Source: Okamejei kenojei | Taxonomy: Eukaryota | Assembly: GCA_035221665.1 (NCBI GenBank) | Contig: JAVHYY010000408.1 | Coordinates: 124,001 to 188,000, forward strand | Length of the DNA: 64,000 nt | Reading direction: 5' to 3' | Shown here: piece by piece, positions 24,848 to 37,936 of the stretch | Layout: the number at the start of each line of letters is the position of its first letter | Position numbering within the stretch: position 1 is the first letter of the stretch | Position numbers and translations under genes: made by a program | The notes under the pieces: model-generated | The model's database searches: none | The model's input: the letters and a program-made list of their open reading frames with translations, nothing else | Told to the model about the DNA's origin: nothing

Positions 24848-27048
24848 GTGTTTGGCCCATATATTTCTAAAACTGTCCTTTTCATGCACCTCTCCAGATG
24901 TGTTTTAATTATTTTTACAGTTCCTGCCTCAACCACCCCATCTGGCAGCTCGTCTCGTACACCCACAATACATTGTGTATAATGATTGTGTCCGTGATAA
25001 TTCGTTCCTTTTTACATTAAGCTTATCTTTTGTGGTTCTTGTTTCCCCCAATCTGGATACAAGACTGCGCGTTCACCCTGTCTAATTCTCTCACAATAGT
25101 AGCTACCTTTGCAAGATCACCTTTCTTTATTCATGCGCTCCAAGGAAGCATGTCCTACGCTACCCAAATATCTTCCTATATTTCAGTCCCTCGGGTCTGG
25201 GCAACATTTAATTATTCAATGTTCACCAACAGTAGGGTGGACATACCGGAACCAAATGCTCCAAATGCGGCCTTACCAACGCCTTGTACAATGGTGACAT
25301 GACATACTCATTGCCCTGACTGATGAAGGCGAATGTACCGAAAGCCTTCCTTACTAAACGGTCTACTGGTGGTAACAATTTCAGGGGAATATGCGCCTAC
25401 GCTGCCAGATACCTAAGCGCTACAACATTCCGTAGAGTTCCGCCAATGTCACTGCGACGTATGATGATGTAATGCTCCTTCTACATTCAATCATCCATGT
25501 GGGCCGTCCTGAAGAGTAATACTAAATTTCTATTTTAATTTTCCATCCATTGTCACTGATTAAAACCATTGGCCTTTTCACATATTCCATTTCTCATTAA
25601 CAATTGATGCAATTACGCCACTTGGTCGATTAAACGAAATGTGTTGTTGGAACAAGGTCAGAGCTTCGGCTGGAACTGTCCACACTTGTCTGGCTTTGTA
25701 TGTTAAAGACACATTAGGCACGCATATCTTTACTGAAGGCAAATCAGAACACCGTGCACAGAGAACTGAGCACAACACGCAGTCCACGGAGCACGGAAAT
25801 GAGGCGCAGAGTAGAACGCGGGCAGCACGGACCATGGAACGCAGAGAACGGATCACAAAGCACTGGGCGTAAACCACACAGCATGGCCTTTGTCGAGCTA
25901 CCAGTCAAATGGAGAAGTGATGTCCCTCTGTTTAATAAAAGCATGGCGAATAGAACAAACATGCACGTCGGTGAGGATGATGCCCGTGGAGGTGGAGAAG
26001 TTATCGGATAAGATTCTTCTGGATATAAGGTTTAGGGCGAAGGGCAAAAGGTGGAATAGGAACTTGAGGGGTAACTATTTCACACAAAGGCTGGTGGGTG
26101 TCTGGAACACGCTCCCAGAGGAGGTGGTTGAGGGTGGGACAAGCCAAACGTTTAAGAAACAGTTAAACAGGTGCACGGATATAACAGGTTTGTTGGGAAA
26201 TGGACCAATCGCGGGCTGGGATGTGTTAGCCTGTGTAGGCAGGTTGGGCCGAAGGGCCTGTTTCCACGCTGTATCACTCTATGGATAGAATCTACTCGCA
26301 TAGAGAAAAGGGTGGATTTTATTAGGGTATATCTTACAAATGGTTCATGGCTTGTAAAAATGCGGTGATGCATGGTAGACTAAAAGAACTGCAAATGCAT
26401 GGTAACTTGCGTTGAATGCAAAGTATTGGGGTAACTCAGCGGTTCATGTGGATGGTATAGACAAACGACATTGTCCCAATCTGCCCGTCAGTTAGCATGG
26501 TTCGCATTTTCTATTTCTGGAATCACAAATCGACTCGAGTTTGAAGGGGGTGTTGGGAGGGGGAGTGTGTCGGGAGGGGGAGTGCGTGAAGGAGGATGTG
26601 TATGTGCGGGATGTGGTGTGTTTGGCGGAGGAGGTGTGTGTGGAGGGTTTAGTGGGGTTGTTGCGGTAGGGGAGGGGATGTATGTGGGAGGGGGAGTGTA
26701 GATCAGTGCAGATTAGTGACTCATGCTATGAGTTATGCATCTGTAGTTACGCCCACTACCTTGTTAGAGTCGCGGTCTGCTGCATTCCGTTAATCTTAGA
26801 GTTAACTCTTAAGTGAGAAGTTGAAACAATAAAACCGATGTAACCTAACATGTTGTAAGGCTACTGTTATTATAAGGACTACAAATCGACAGGGAGGGGT
26901 GTGGCTGGTAGGGGAGAGTGTGGGGGAATGTGGGGGATGGAGGTATGGACATGTGTGGGCGGCGGGGGGGGGGGGGGTTGAGGGGGCGGGGGGCGTGGGG
27001 GAACACAGCGGAACACAGCCCACACTCCGCTTCTTCAGCTTTATTCTC

Positions 27049-27168
27049 GGCGGCTTCTAGACGGGGGTGTTCTAGACGGGCGGCTTCCAGACGGGAGGCT
27101 TCTGGACGGGCGGCTTGTGGACGGGCGGCTTGTGGACGGGCAGCTTCTGGACGGGCGGCTTCTGGACG
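27049..27168. repeat. 15-bp minisatellite (gcggcttctggacgg) x ~8
   Basis: Direct reading. It follows a G-rich tract at 26890-27000. Confidence 0.9.
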
Positions 27169-30100
27169 TGCTGGCGGACTCAGCCCCCCTTCCGAGATTT
27201 TATTCTCCAGCGGGAGCCGGGAGGGGCGTTTCCTTCACTGTGACTGACAGGCGAGAATACCAATCTATGATCTAATGAATTTAAACCTTCATAAATTGTG
27301 TAATCTTCCTCCGATCTGAACCAATCTTGGTGGCTTGGAGCAGAGGAGAACGGTGAGTAAAGTGGCGAAAGAATCCTAGCGATGTACTTTACCATATTTG
27401 CTCAGATTTAAAAAAAAACGCAGAGCGGAAATGGTGGAGATGAGAGTTTTAGTAATAGTGTAGATAATCGAAATCAAGTTAGTAAGTTGATGAGCTTCAT
27501 GTAAGACAAGCAGGCAGGAATGAAAATAAACAGGCAGCAATTATTTCCAGAAGTGATCTTGTGTAATATGTAATATGGTGTTAGGAAATATTGCTTATTT
27601 GGGCACAACAAACCTGCAACGGGAATATGATGTACTGCATTCGGGATATAATAACAACCTTGTGCAACTTTCTAACATGTTAAATCCAAGCGCAAAATAC
27701 TGGGGAAACATGATATGCACAGAGGTTAACATAACGAAGGTCACTTTTCAGACGACATGGAGATGGTCGGGGAGGTGCAGAGTAAACGAGGCAGGAGTGT
27801 TAGTCAATTTAGAGGCATAGTTTCACCACGATACTCAGGGATCATACACATAGAGATATGCGGCGTAGAAATAAACTTTTTGGCCTAAATTGACCGTGCC
27901 GCCCAACATGTCACATACACAGCAGCCCAATCCCCGCATTTGTCCAATCTCCCTCCGACCTGTCCGATTCAGAGCACAGGTTTAAAGTGAAGGGGAAAAA
28001 AATTTAATTCTGAGGATTAACACAAATGATGGCGCGTGTATGTAAGCAGCTGTCAGAGGAGGTAGTTGAGGTTGTGGATATCCCAAAGTTTAAGAATTAG
28101 TTAGACAGGTACATGGATTCGGCAGGTTTGGAGAGAGATGAACCAAATGCAAGCCCGTGGCACTAGTGTAGCTGGAACATGTTGGCCGGTGTGTGCCGAA
28201 GGCTGTTTCCGCGCTGACACTATCTGTCTAAATGTTTTTAAACGTGGCGATAGAATACCGGCCTCAAATACTTCCTCCGGCATCTTGTTCCAGACACCCA
28301 ACGCTAACTGTGTAAAAATGTTGCCCATCATCATCCTACTGAACCTTTCCCACTCACCTTAAACCCATTTCCTCTAGGTCTCGATTCCCATGATCTGCGT
28401 AACAAACTGTGGGGGAGGGGTGAGTGGTGTTCCATGAAACTCTCGTGATGCTGTACACCTCTGGAAGATAGGACCTCGTCCTCCTGCGCTCCAAGAAATA
28501 AGGTTGTAGCCTACTCAACTTCTCACATTAGCTAAGGCACTCCAATCCTGCCAACATCCACGTTAGTATTATCTGCACTCTTTCCACCTTGACAAAATAT
28601 TTTCCTAAAAGATGGACACCAAAACTGATCATTGTATTTTAAATGTGACCTCACCAACGAGGGTACGTCTGACAAAACATTATGGTGAAGGGACCAGAAT
28701 AATAAAGAAGCAATCACTCGAACGGAATTACATGATAGACGCTCTCATAGCCAGTCGCAGATAGAGGATCAGGATGCAGACAGTTTGAAGAAGAATGAGA
28801 GCTCCACAGATTATATGTAGTGGGTATCTTAACTTCATCAATATCAACTGTGACTTGCTCAGGGCAAGAGGATTAGACGTGGCAGAATGTGTTAGTTGTT
28901 TCCAAGAGGCTTTGCTTCAATTAAATACGGATAGTCTGACTCGAGAAGGCACTGCATAAAACGTTGCATTGGGAAGAGAGCCCGGTCAGGTGACTAGTGG
29001 AATCTGGAAGAGCATTTGGAGACAGCGATCTGAAGTCCATAGGTCTGAAAATTCTTTTGAATAATGACAAGTTTGGTTATTTGGGAAGATGCGTAATTGG
29101 GTCAAGGAACGTCAGAATCTCATCATGCAGAGGTGAAGGCAAGTAGTTTTGGAGCAATTGTTATTTGTTAGGTCCACAGATCATATCTGGGATTCGTTGA
29201 AAGCCCAGCTGTTTAAAGTGTAGGATCAGCATGTGACATTAAGGCGAGGGGATAAGGACGGCAAAGGAACCGTGGATGACCAAGTAATTTGGAAACGTGC
29301 ACACGAAGAAAATTGAAGCGACTGTGAGGTTTAAGAATGTGGCATTGGTGTGCGGGGGCATCGGTGTGTGTGTGTGTGTGGGGGGGGGGGGGGGTGGTAT
29401 TAAACGTCATTGGCAAATCAGTTCAAGAACTTTCTCAAGGCTCTTGATATGCATGTTATAAATAAAAGGGTGACCATGGAGAAGGTATGAACGCTCTGGA
29501 AACGGAAGGGAATCGATGCATGGAAGCGAACGATGCAGGTGAGGTACTAAAACAAGTCTTTACATCTGTATACTTTAGAGGGTGGCGAGGTCAGTGTGGA
29601 GAATTCATGTAAGCTCGGTCAGTTATAAATCTAGAAAGAGGTGGTGCTGAGGCACTAGAACACCAACAAGGTGGATAAGCTCACCGTACCTGATGGGATC
29701 TATCCCAGGTTATTGAAAGAGGAAATAAAGGAATTGCCGATTCCTTGACGAGGATATATGTTGTTACTGTAACCGCAGGCGTGGTTCCATGGGACTTGAG
29801 GGTGGTCACTGTTGTTCCTTTGTTTAAGAAGGGAAGTACAGACATTCTATGGAACGACATACTAATGAGCCTCACCTCAGTGCTAGGGAAACTATTTTAG
29901 AGAATTCTTCGAGGTAAGGCCTACACCGATTTGGAAGAACATGAGCTAATCATGGCTAGCTTGCACTTAGTTCTACGTGGCAGGTTATGCTTTATTAACT
30001 TGATTCAGTTATTTGAGGTAACGAAGAAGTTCGATGAATGTAGGCCGGTGGAGGAGATCTACATGGATTTTAGTAAGGCTATAGCGTGCAGATCTCGTCG

Positions 30101-31524
30101 CCAGATCACAGGAAAGGTGAACGGTATGTGCACGGTAGCTTTACCATGATGCTGCCTGGGTTAGTAGGTTGGATGGCCTTTGATTGTTTTCGCAGGTCAG
30201 TGGTTGAGAGGAATCTTGATATAAGTATATACAATTAAGCGAGGCATTGACGAAACGGACAATAAGGACCAATTCGCGGTGGAAATGTCCAACACTAGAG
30301 GGAATAGCTAAATGTGAGAGAAGGACATTTCATTGAGATGTAGGGGACAAATTTTTGCACAGGCAATTTTTGTAAGTGCCTGCAACGAATTGCCAGGGTT
30401 TGCAATGGAGAATGCAGGAAAGATCGTGGCGTTAAAGACGCTTTTAGATGGACACATCAAAGCGGAGTGAATAGAGCGATGCGGATCGCGTAAAGACAGA
30501 ATAGATCAGTTTAACTGGGTTTCACGTTCGGATCAAATATTTTAGGCCATTACTCTGATGCACTTTTCTGAGTCCTATGTTCTATGTTCTATGTTCTATA
30601 TAATTTAAATGTCATTTTAGATTTAGGACGGGCTTACACGACAACATATGGCCAACTGGAATACGATCATCGTGGATTGTTGTAAACCAGACAAAGAGAA
30701 ATACTACGGAGTAAGCGTTCTTTATAACACCCATTATCAGACACATGGGAAGATGTTTTTCCAAGTCGTCAAGACGGAACAGAAAGTTGTACGTTACTCT
30801 GAGTGATCACAAATAAATGTTGACACCTGAATAACTATTTACAAATATTTAAAAATCCGCATGTAATGATTGTGTCGCGAGAATATAAAATGATGTGGGC
30901 GCTTTGAATCATTAAACACTGTGTAGATTGGTTACATTACTGACTAACCAATGTAATGCTTTATCAATGTAAGCTCCGACTACTACGACACCATTGATAT
31001 TATCGCAACCCGACATGTTCTGTTAGTTGCAGTAATGGATATGCTGCTGTGTGTTGTATATGTTACTCAATAAATACTGTTGTACCAGATCCGCGAGTCT
31101 GTGTAACTTGCTCAACACGCTGTGAGTTCTCCCAGAGTGTTTCCCACTATTTGCTGGCATCGCCTCTAGAAATTCGGCGTGTGCGAAACTCATCGTTGTT
31201 CTGCGCCAGTGAACAGCGAGCATGCGCTTCGGCTGGAAGACAGGAATCCTAGGTGAGTTTTAGTGCGGACATTTTAAAAAGCACAGCCACAGCATGAATA
31301 GTTGACGCGATGGTCAGACGCGGAGCAGCAGCCTGAGAAGCGATAGAGGGTACTGGCTTGAAGATGGGAATCCTCCGTGAGTTTCAATGCGGATACCTTA
31401 AAAAGCCCACCAAGAATCGGCCTTGAACGACGGTGGGCAGTGGAGCAACAGTCGGAGCAGTGAGAGAGTGTGTTGGATGGAGCATCTAAATTAGTTGCTT
31501 GTACAGCAAATACAATTAAGGGTA

Positions 31525-31566
31525 GTTGTAGTGCAGCGGCCTACAGAGAGGCCGCTCCACTACAGC
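31525..31566. other. GC-rich inverted repeat with a 16-18 bp stem and 6-nt loop (second copy 58720-58761)
   Basis: gttgtagtg(c/g)agcggcct-acag(a/g)g-aggccgctccact(a/g)cagc. Confidence 0.8.
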
Positions 31567-32487
31567 CTGTATATTTCTCTCTCTCTAGGATCCGCTAGGA
31601 TCCGCTGGGCTGAAGGGCCAGATACTGTGTTTCATTCCTCTATGACTCCATCAGGCCAATGTTAAATTGGCCGAACTCTGCCCACATACCCGTTCAACTG
31701 CGTCTCCGTCTATAACGTCTACAGTGTATCTACAGTTGTCGTCCCTTTTCATGCGCAACTGCACGCTTCAAACCTCAAGGGGAGAAGACCATTTTGTAAT
31801 CACGTTTTAGGTTTTACTAGACTGGTGTCCCGGAACGAAAATGAAAGACGTAACCTCTATAACTGATGGACATTCAGAATTTATGGCTACAGGGATGCGG
31901 AGAGAACAAAATATTTCCGGCTATTCTTTGACAGTCTAATTTTGCGCTTTGTTATTATTGCAATAAAACCTAAAAATAATCCTTGAGCTCAGGTCACCTA
32001 GCGGCCAAATGTTTTATTAACGCACTCTCGGCAAACCCCTGTCGATTTTGTTCACGTTTTTTTCCAGCATACATCATTCAATACTCCAAAGATAACACAT
32101 AATGCCCTATAGTTATTTCCCCGTTGCTTGCAAAGTGGCGCACACTGATCTATTGGCAAGACCCATGCATTTTTGCTGAAACAGATATCCGACCTTTCAC
32201 TCTATTACGAACATACGGCAATGTCTGACGAGGAATGTTGAGTGTTCCATGGTGACTAAAGCCTCCAGGTCTATGACTGACTCGTCGTGGCACTCCTGCA
32301 TTTCGTGTCTATCTCTCTCTTTATAACTACAAATGATGCATTAATGCTGGAGAAACTGGATGGAGCGGAGCTTTGGATGCGGTGCCCGCGATTCTAGCTA
32401 GAATGTTGACAATTGGGAGATCACACTTTTACAACAAATAACGGAAAGTTGAAACCGGGTCATAAATATACATTCTGTCGGAATAAT

Positions 32488-33379
32488 TTATTTTAATCGA
32501 CTGAGGTAGTTTTTAAACACCACCAGAGGATATTTCACCGCCTCTTTCAACTCTTGTCTGAATTAAGCCTGGGTCACTGCGTAAATAAAGGAATTCGTGC
32601 AGAAGCTGAGGGTCGAGAGCATTTTAGCGCTTTCTTGGAGAATGCAACGAGGATTTCTGAAACCGGAAAAATAAGAACCGCCTTTAATCCGAACGAACAC
32701 AAAATTAACGACATACGTAACCCAGAAGACCAGAAAACTGGCGGAGATGCTTAAAAGTAAAATGACAGATTTTCTCCTGTTCTCATTTTCTGCATCTTTC
32801 CCATCCTCAAGTTCCTTGTTACTACGAAGTGCATTGCGGATTTTGTTGGCCACAAATATGTGTCTGATAGTCAGAACATCGAACAAACATATCAGAAGGA
32901 AAGGAACAGAAGGTATTAAAAGGCGATCCAGCCAATCGTAGTCTTTCCAGACAGGTTCAGTGTAGAAGCTTAACTTAAAGTCACAAAACCGGGGCACTCC
33001 GTCCACTGTATACAATGGTTGGCATGTAAAGTAGTAAGGGGCGTTCTTTACACCTCTCAGGACACAGGCAGCAGCTATTCCACAGCCGCGGTTTTCTTCG
33101 AGCAGTAACTATCTTTTAGCTGCCGGCAGCAAATGGCTGCGAATCGATCGAAGGTGAATGCAACCGTCAGCCATACCGACGAATCCCTGCTTGTATAAAT
33201 CATCGCCGTGCTGAATCTACACCCAAGAGTGATGGAGAAGAAACTGTTAATAAAGTAGATCCCGGTGATTCGATTCAGTATCACGGCGGAGACAATTACC
33301 AGCAGATCAGTCACCGCCATGGCCACTAGATAATACGTAACACATTTGGAGAGTCCACACCTCGCTCACGATAGGATCA
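32488..33379 (-). pseudogene. GPR139-like pseudogene G2, exon 2
   Basis: 18-nt deletion at the exon start, CGA>TGA at 33368-33366, 1-nt frameshift near 33078 (AAVE*), 6-nt ECL3 deletion, and a private TAA at 32565-32563. Confidence 0.92.
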
Positions 33380-34190
33380 CTGTTAAGAGATACAACGATA
33401 AGGGTAGAGTAACGATAAAGGAATGTTTGATGTAGTATAACAGTGAGTAGTTGACCAAAAACTGCTCTAAAACGACGTGGAGGAGTAAAACCCATGTCTG
33501 CAGCAGAAAGCAGTGGAACCCAAGTCATTGCCAAGACTTGCCAACCCAAGACAATAGACAACAGACAATAGGCAATAGAGAATGGATGCAAGAGTAGACC
33601 AATCGGCCCTTCGAGGAAGCACCGACATGCACAGTGATCATTGCTGAACATCCACAATCAGTACCCCATTCCCGCCTTCTCCTCATATCCCCTACTCCGT
33701 TATCTTTAAGATCTCTATCTAACCTTTTCTTGAAAGCATCCAGTGAATTGGCATCCATTGCCTTCTCAGGCTGAGAATTCCACAGATTCACAACCCTCTG
33801 TGTGAAAAGCTTTTTCCTCATCTTTGTTCACAATGGCTTACTCATTAATCTTAAACTGTGGCTCCTGGTTTTGGACTCCCGCGTCATCGGGAACTTGTTT
33901 CGTGCCTCTAGTGTGTCCAAACATTGAAAATTATATGTTTCAATAAGATACCCTCTTATCCTTCTAAATTGCAGAGCATTGAAGCCCAGCCGCTACATTC
34001 TATCAACAGATAACAGTCCCGCCTTCCCGGTAATTCACCTTGTGAACCTACGCTGCACTACCTCAAAGCAAGAATGATTTTGCTCAAATTTTGAAACCAA
34101 AACTGCATACAATACTGCAGGTGTGGCCTCAGGGGGCCCTGCACAACTGCAAAGTACCTCTTTGCTCCTATAGTCAACTCCTCTTTTTAT

Positions 34191-35169
34191 TTATTTATTT
34201 TTTTGTTTTAATATTTTATTTATTGGAGGGAAATACATCAATGTACTTCACATATACCTTGTTACAATCATTGTACCCCATAATTTTATGGCTTTTAAAG
34301 AAAAATAATAGAAAGAAAGAGAGTGAAATAGGTGAAAAGAATGGTGATAGCGAAAGAGCGTGCCAAAAGGGAGAAGAAACCCTTCGTCAAAGAATTAGAG
34401 AAAGGGGGTTAAGAGATAGACCCTAAAAAAAAGGAAAAGGAAAACAAAAATAAAAAAAATCCAGTTACCCTGTTATATATATCACGCAAAAGGAATCCAC
34501 CAACTACATAGTTTTTCATCCCCCCCTACCAAGGCCCGAGGTAATCCTGCACCCTATCTTTGTAGCAATTCTATAAATGCAGACCACGTCTGAAAGAAGC
34601 GTTCTGATTTTCCTTCCAGGCGGAGTCTCATATCTACCAGATGTAGTGTTTCAAACATAGTTGAAATCCACATATTTAATGTTGGTATAGGAGGAGCATT
34701 TTTCCAGAATTTTAAGATTAGAGTTTTCCTATTATTAAGCCGTAATCAAATACATTCTTTTGATACGTATTTAATTCTGGACTACCTTCTGTCATTCCGA
34801 AAATAATCCATTCTGGCTTTGGTGTCATTTTTATTTTAAACACTTTTGTGAAAATTTCAAAGATTTCAATACAAAACCTTTGAATTTTTTGGTAACAAAA
34901 GATGAATGAGTGCGCTATTGTAGTTTCTTGAATGTGGCATTTATCACAAATCGGTGAAACGTTAGGGAAACATTTATTTAATTTAGTTTTTTGAGTAGTA
35001 TAATCTATGTATAATTTAAATTGTATTAAAGGTGTCTTACTTAACTGAGCATTTGTGCACATTTGGATAAGTATTCTTCCACCTTTCATTAGAAATGTTT
35101 ATGCTTAGTTCGTTTTCCAACTCACCTCTAATACCTGCCGTTGTTGGTATTACTGCATTTAGTATACGT
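34191..35169 (-). mobile_element. 5'-truncated L1-clade insertion in CR1 (second copy ~61584-62550)
   Basis: LIQFK..SPICDKC..HSF zinc-knuckle region, A-rich tail, 12-bp TSD tcctctttttat (34179-34190 / 35170-35181). Empty site at ~19169. Confidence 0.88.
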
Positions 35170-36065
35170 TCCTCTTTTTATGAATACCAACATGCCATTT
35201 GCTTTCTTCACTGACTGCTGTACCCGTGTGCTTACTTTCAGAGACTGATAAACAAGGACCCGTAGATCTCGTTGTACCACCCATCGCAACCTGCCACTGT
35301 TTAGATAATAAGCTGTTCAGATATTAATCTTGTTTCACCAACAAAGTGGATAACCTTCACATTTATCTATCACATTAAACTGCATCCTGCCATGCATCTG
35401 CCTACTCACCCAACCTGCCCAAGTCACGCTGCATCCTCATAGCATCATTCTCACAGTTCACACTACCACCCAGCTTTGTGTCATCTGCAAAAGTGCTAAT
35501 ATTACTTTTAATCCCTTCATCTAAATAATTGACGTATATTGTAAATATCTGCGGTCCCAGCACCGAGTCTTGCGGTACCCCACTAATCACTGCCTGCCAT
35601 TTGGGGTACTAAAAGAGACACGTTAAACCCTACTGCTTGTTACCTCTCTGCCAACCAATTTCCTAGCCATGTCAGTACCCTACCCCCAATAACATGTGCT
35701 CTAATTTTGCCCACTAAACTCCTATGTGGGACCTTGGCAAATGTTTTCTAAAAGTCCAGGTGCACTACATCCACTGGCTCTCCGTTGTCCATGTTCATAG
35801 TTACATCTTCAAAACATTCCGGAAGATTAATCAAGCATGATTTCCCGTCGTACATCCATGTTGACTCGGACCGATCCCTGTTACTGCTATCCAAATATGC
35901 CCGCTATTTCATATTTCATAACTGATTCCAGCATCTTCCACACCACGGAATCTACAGGCTCAAATGACAAAAATCCCAAACAGTTAAAACTTAGGAGTCG
36001 CAGTTATGTATACACACAAATTTAGTTAAACGATATTTGTCCCGTTCAATAGAGGTGAAACTTAC

Positions 36066-36133
36066 GGGGAACTCCAATGATTGCGATAAAGGGGTAGTAA
36101 ATGGCAAACACAAGCCCACTTGCTGGTCCGTGC
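36066..36133 (-). pseudogene. Pseudogene G2 exon 1, start codon deleted
   Basis: HGPASGLVFAIYYPFIAIIGVP with intact GTAAGT donor. A ~19-nt deletion (gtgc|ctatttt) removes the ATG. Confidence 0.85.
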
Positions 36134-36319
36134 CTATTTTGCCCAAACATCCAGCATGGCGCACTTATATTTTCCGCGAGAATCCCAGGTGAGTCAATTT
36201 ATCTTCATGTTGTGCACAGTTCGAACGACTACGAATAACGCCATTCAGATTCATGGCATTGTTGTTTTTCAACACTGACTGTAACGGAATACATGTCCCA
36301 AATGGGAACAAATAACATA

Positions 36320-37936
36320 CAGTGGCTTGCAAAAGATTTTATACCCCTTGAACCTTTCCACATTTTGTCACATTACAACCACAAACGTAAATTTATTTTA
36401 TTGGGATTTTATGTGATAGACCAACACAACGTGGCGCATAATTGTGAAGTGGAAGGAAAATGATACGTGGTTTTCAAATTGTTTTACAAATTAAAAACTG
36501 AAAAGTGTGGCGTGCAAAAGTAGTCAGACTCCTTTATTCTGATTCCCCTAAATAAACTTCAGTGCAGCCAATTGCCTTCAGAAGTCACCCAATTAGTAAA
36601 TTGAGTCCACTTGTGTATAATCTAATCTCAGTATAAATACAGCCGTTCTGTGAAGGCCTCAGAGGTTTGTTACAGAACATAAGTGAAAAAAACAGCATAA
36701 TGAAGCCTAAGGAACACACCGGACAGGTCAGGGATACATTTGTAGAGATGTTTAAAGCAGGGTTAGGTTATAAAAAAATATCCCAAGCTTTGAACATCTC
36801 ACGGAGCACTGTTCAATCCATCATGCTAAAATGGAAAGAGTATGGCACAACTGCAAACCTACCAAGGCATGGCCCTCCACCTAAACTGACAGGCCGGGCA
36901 AGGAGAGCATTGATCAGAGAAGCAGCCAAGAGGCCCATGGTAACTCTGGAGAAGCTGCAGAGATCCACAGCTCAGGTGGGAGAATCTGTCCACAGAACAA
37001 CTATTAGTCGTGCCCTCCACAAATCGGGCCTTTATGGAAGAATGGCAAGAAGAAAGCCATTGTTGAAACAAAGCCAGAAGAAGTCCCGTTTGCAGTTTGC
37101 CACAAGCCATGTGGGGGACACAGCAAACATGTGGAGAAAGGTGCTCTGGTCTGATGAGACCAAAATTGATGTTTCTGGTCTAAATGCAAAACGCTATGTG
37201 TGGTGGAAAACTAACACTGCACATCACCCTGAACACACCATCCCCATTGTGAAACATGGTGGTGGGAGCATCATGCTGTGGGGATGCCTTTCTTTAGCAG
37301 GGACAGGGAAGCTGGTCAGAGTTGATTGGAAGATGTATGGAGCCAAATACGGGGCAATCTTGGAAGAAAACCTGTTAGAGTCTGCAAAAGACTTGAGACT
37401 GGGGCGGAGGTTCACCTTCCAGCAGGACAACGACTCTAAACATACAGCCAGAGCTACAATGGAATGGTTTAGATCAAAGCATATTCATGCGTTAGAAGTG
37501 CCCAGTCAAAGTCCAGACCTAAATCCAATTGAGAATCTCTGGCAAGACTTGAAAATTGCTTTTCACAGACGCTCTCCATCCAATCTGACTGAGCTTGAGC
37601 TATTTTGCAAAGAAGAATGGGCAAACATTTCAGTCTCTAGATGTGGAAAGCTGGTAGAGACATACCCCAAAAGACTTGCAGCTGTATTGCAGCGAAAGGT
37701 GGTTCTACAAAGTATTGACTCAGGGGGGCTGAATACTTTTGCACGCCACACTTTTCAGTTTTTTATTTGTAATAAAATTTGGAAACCATGTATCATTTTC
37801 CTTCCACTTCACAATTATGCACCACTTTGTGTCGGTCTATCACATAAAATCCCGATAAAATACATTTACGTTTGTGGTTGTAATGTGACAATATGTGGAA
37901 AGGTTCAAGGGGTATGAATACTTCTGCAAGCCACTG
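36320..37936 (+). mobile_element. Tc1/mariner DNA transposon, full length (1617 bp), IR/DR-type long TIRs
   Basis: TA flanks at 36318-19 and 37937-38. TIRs of ~210 bp have outer and inner ..tgcaaaagtattca.. repeats. Empty site at ~63678. Confidence 0.96.
36700..37917 (+). CDS. Tc1 DD34E transposase, open except for a 1-nt C-terminal frameshift causing read-through
   Basis: MKPKEHT.. paired-like [26 protein letters not shown] (34 residues between D and E). gctgtattgcag versus gctgtaattgcag in the other copy. Confidence 0.9.
   Translation: MKPKEHTGQVRDTFVEMFKAGLGYKKISQALNISRSTVQSIMLKWKEYGTTANLPRHGPPPKLTGRARRALIREAAKRPMVTLEKLQRSTAQVGESVHRTTISRALHKSGLYGRMARRKPLLKQSQKKSRLQFATSHVGDTANMWRKVLWSDETKIDVSGLNAKRYVWWKTNTAHHPEHTIPIVKHGGGSIMLWGCLSLAGTGKLVRVDWKMYGAKYGAILEENLLESAKDLRLGRRFTFQQDNDSKHTARATMEWFRSKHIHALEVPSQSPDLNPIENLWQDLKIAFHRRSPSNLTELELFCKEEWANISVSRCGKLVETYPKRLAAVLQRKVVLQSIDSGGLNTFARHTFQFFICNKIWKPCIIFLPLHNYAPLCVGLSHKIPIKYIYVCGCNVTICGKVQGV

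Noticed and set aside
27049-27168. Short periodic repeats (here and 39376-39437) as a CRISPR-like array
   Set aside because: No unique spacers, no cas genes and a eukaryotic context. These are simple tandem repeats.
36066-36150. In-frame upstream ATG (MFGQNRHGPASG..) that could rescue G2 exon 1
   Set aside because: It lies only ~14 nt from the TATA-like box, probably upstream of the start site, and exon 2 has a stop at its fifth codon anyway.
37690-37917. Apparently novel C-terminal extension of the Tc1 transposase
   Set aside because: Read-through into the right TIR after a 1-nt deletion. The normal end is AAKGGSTKY*.
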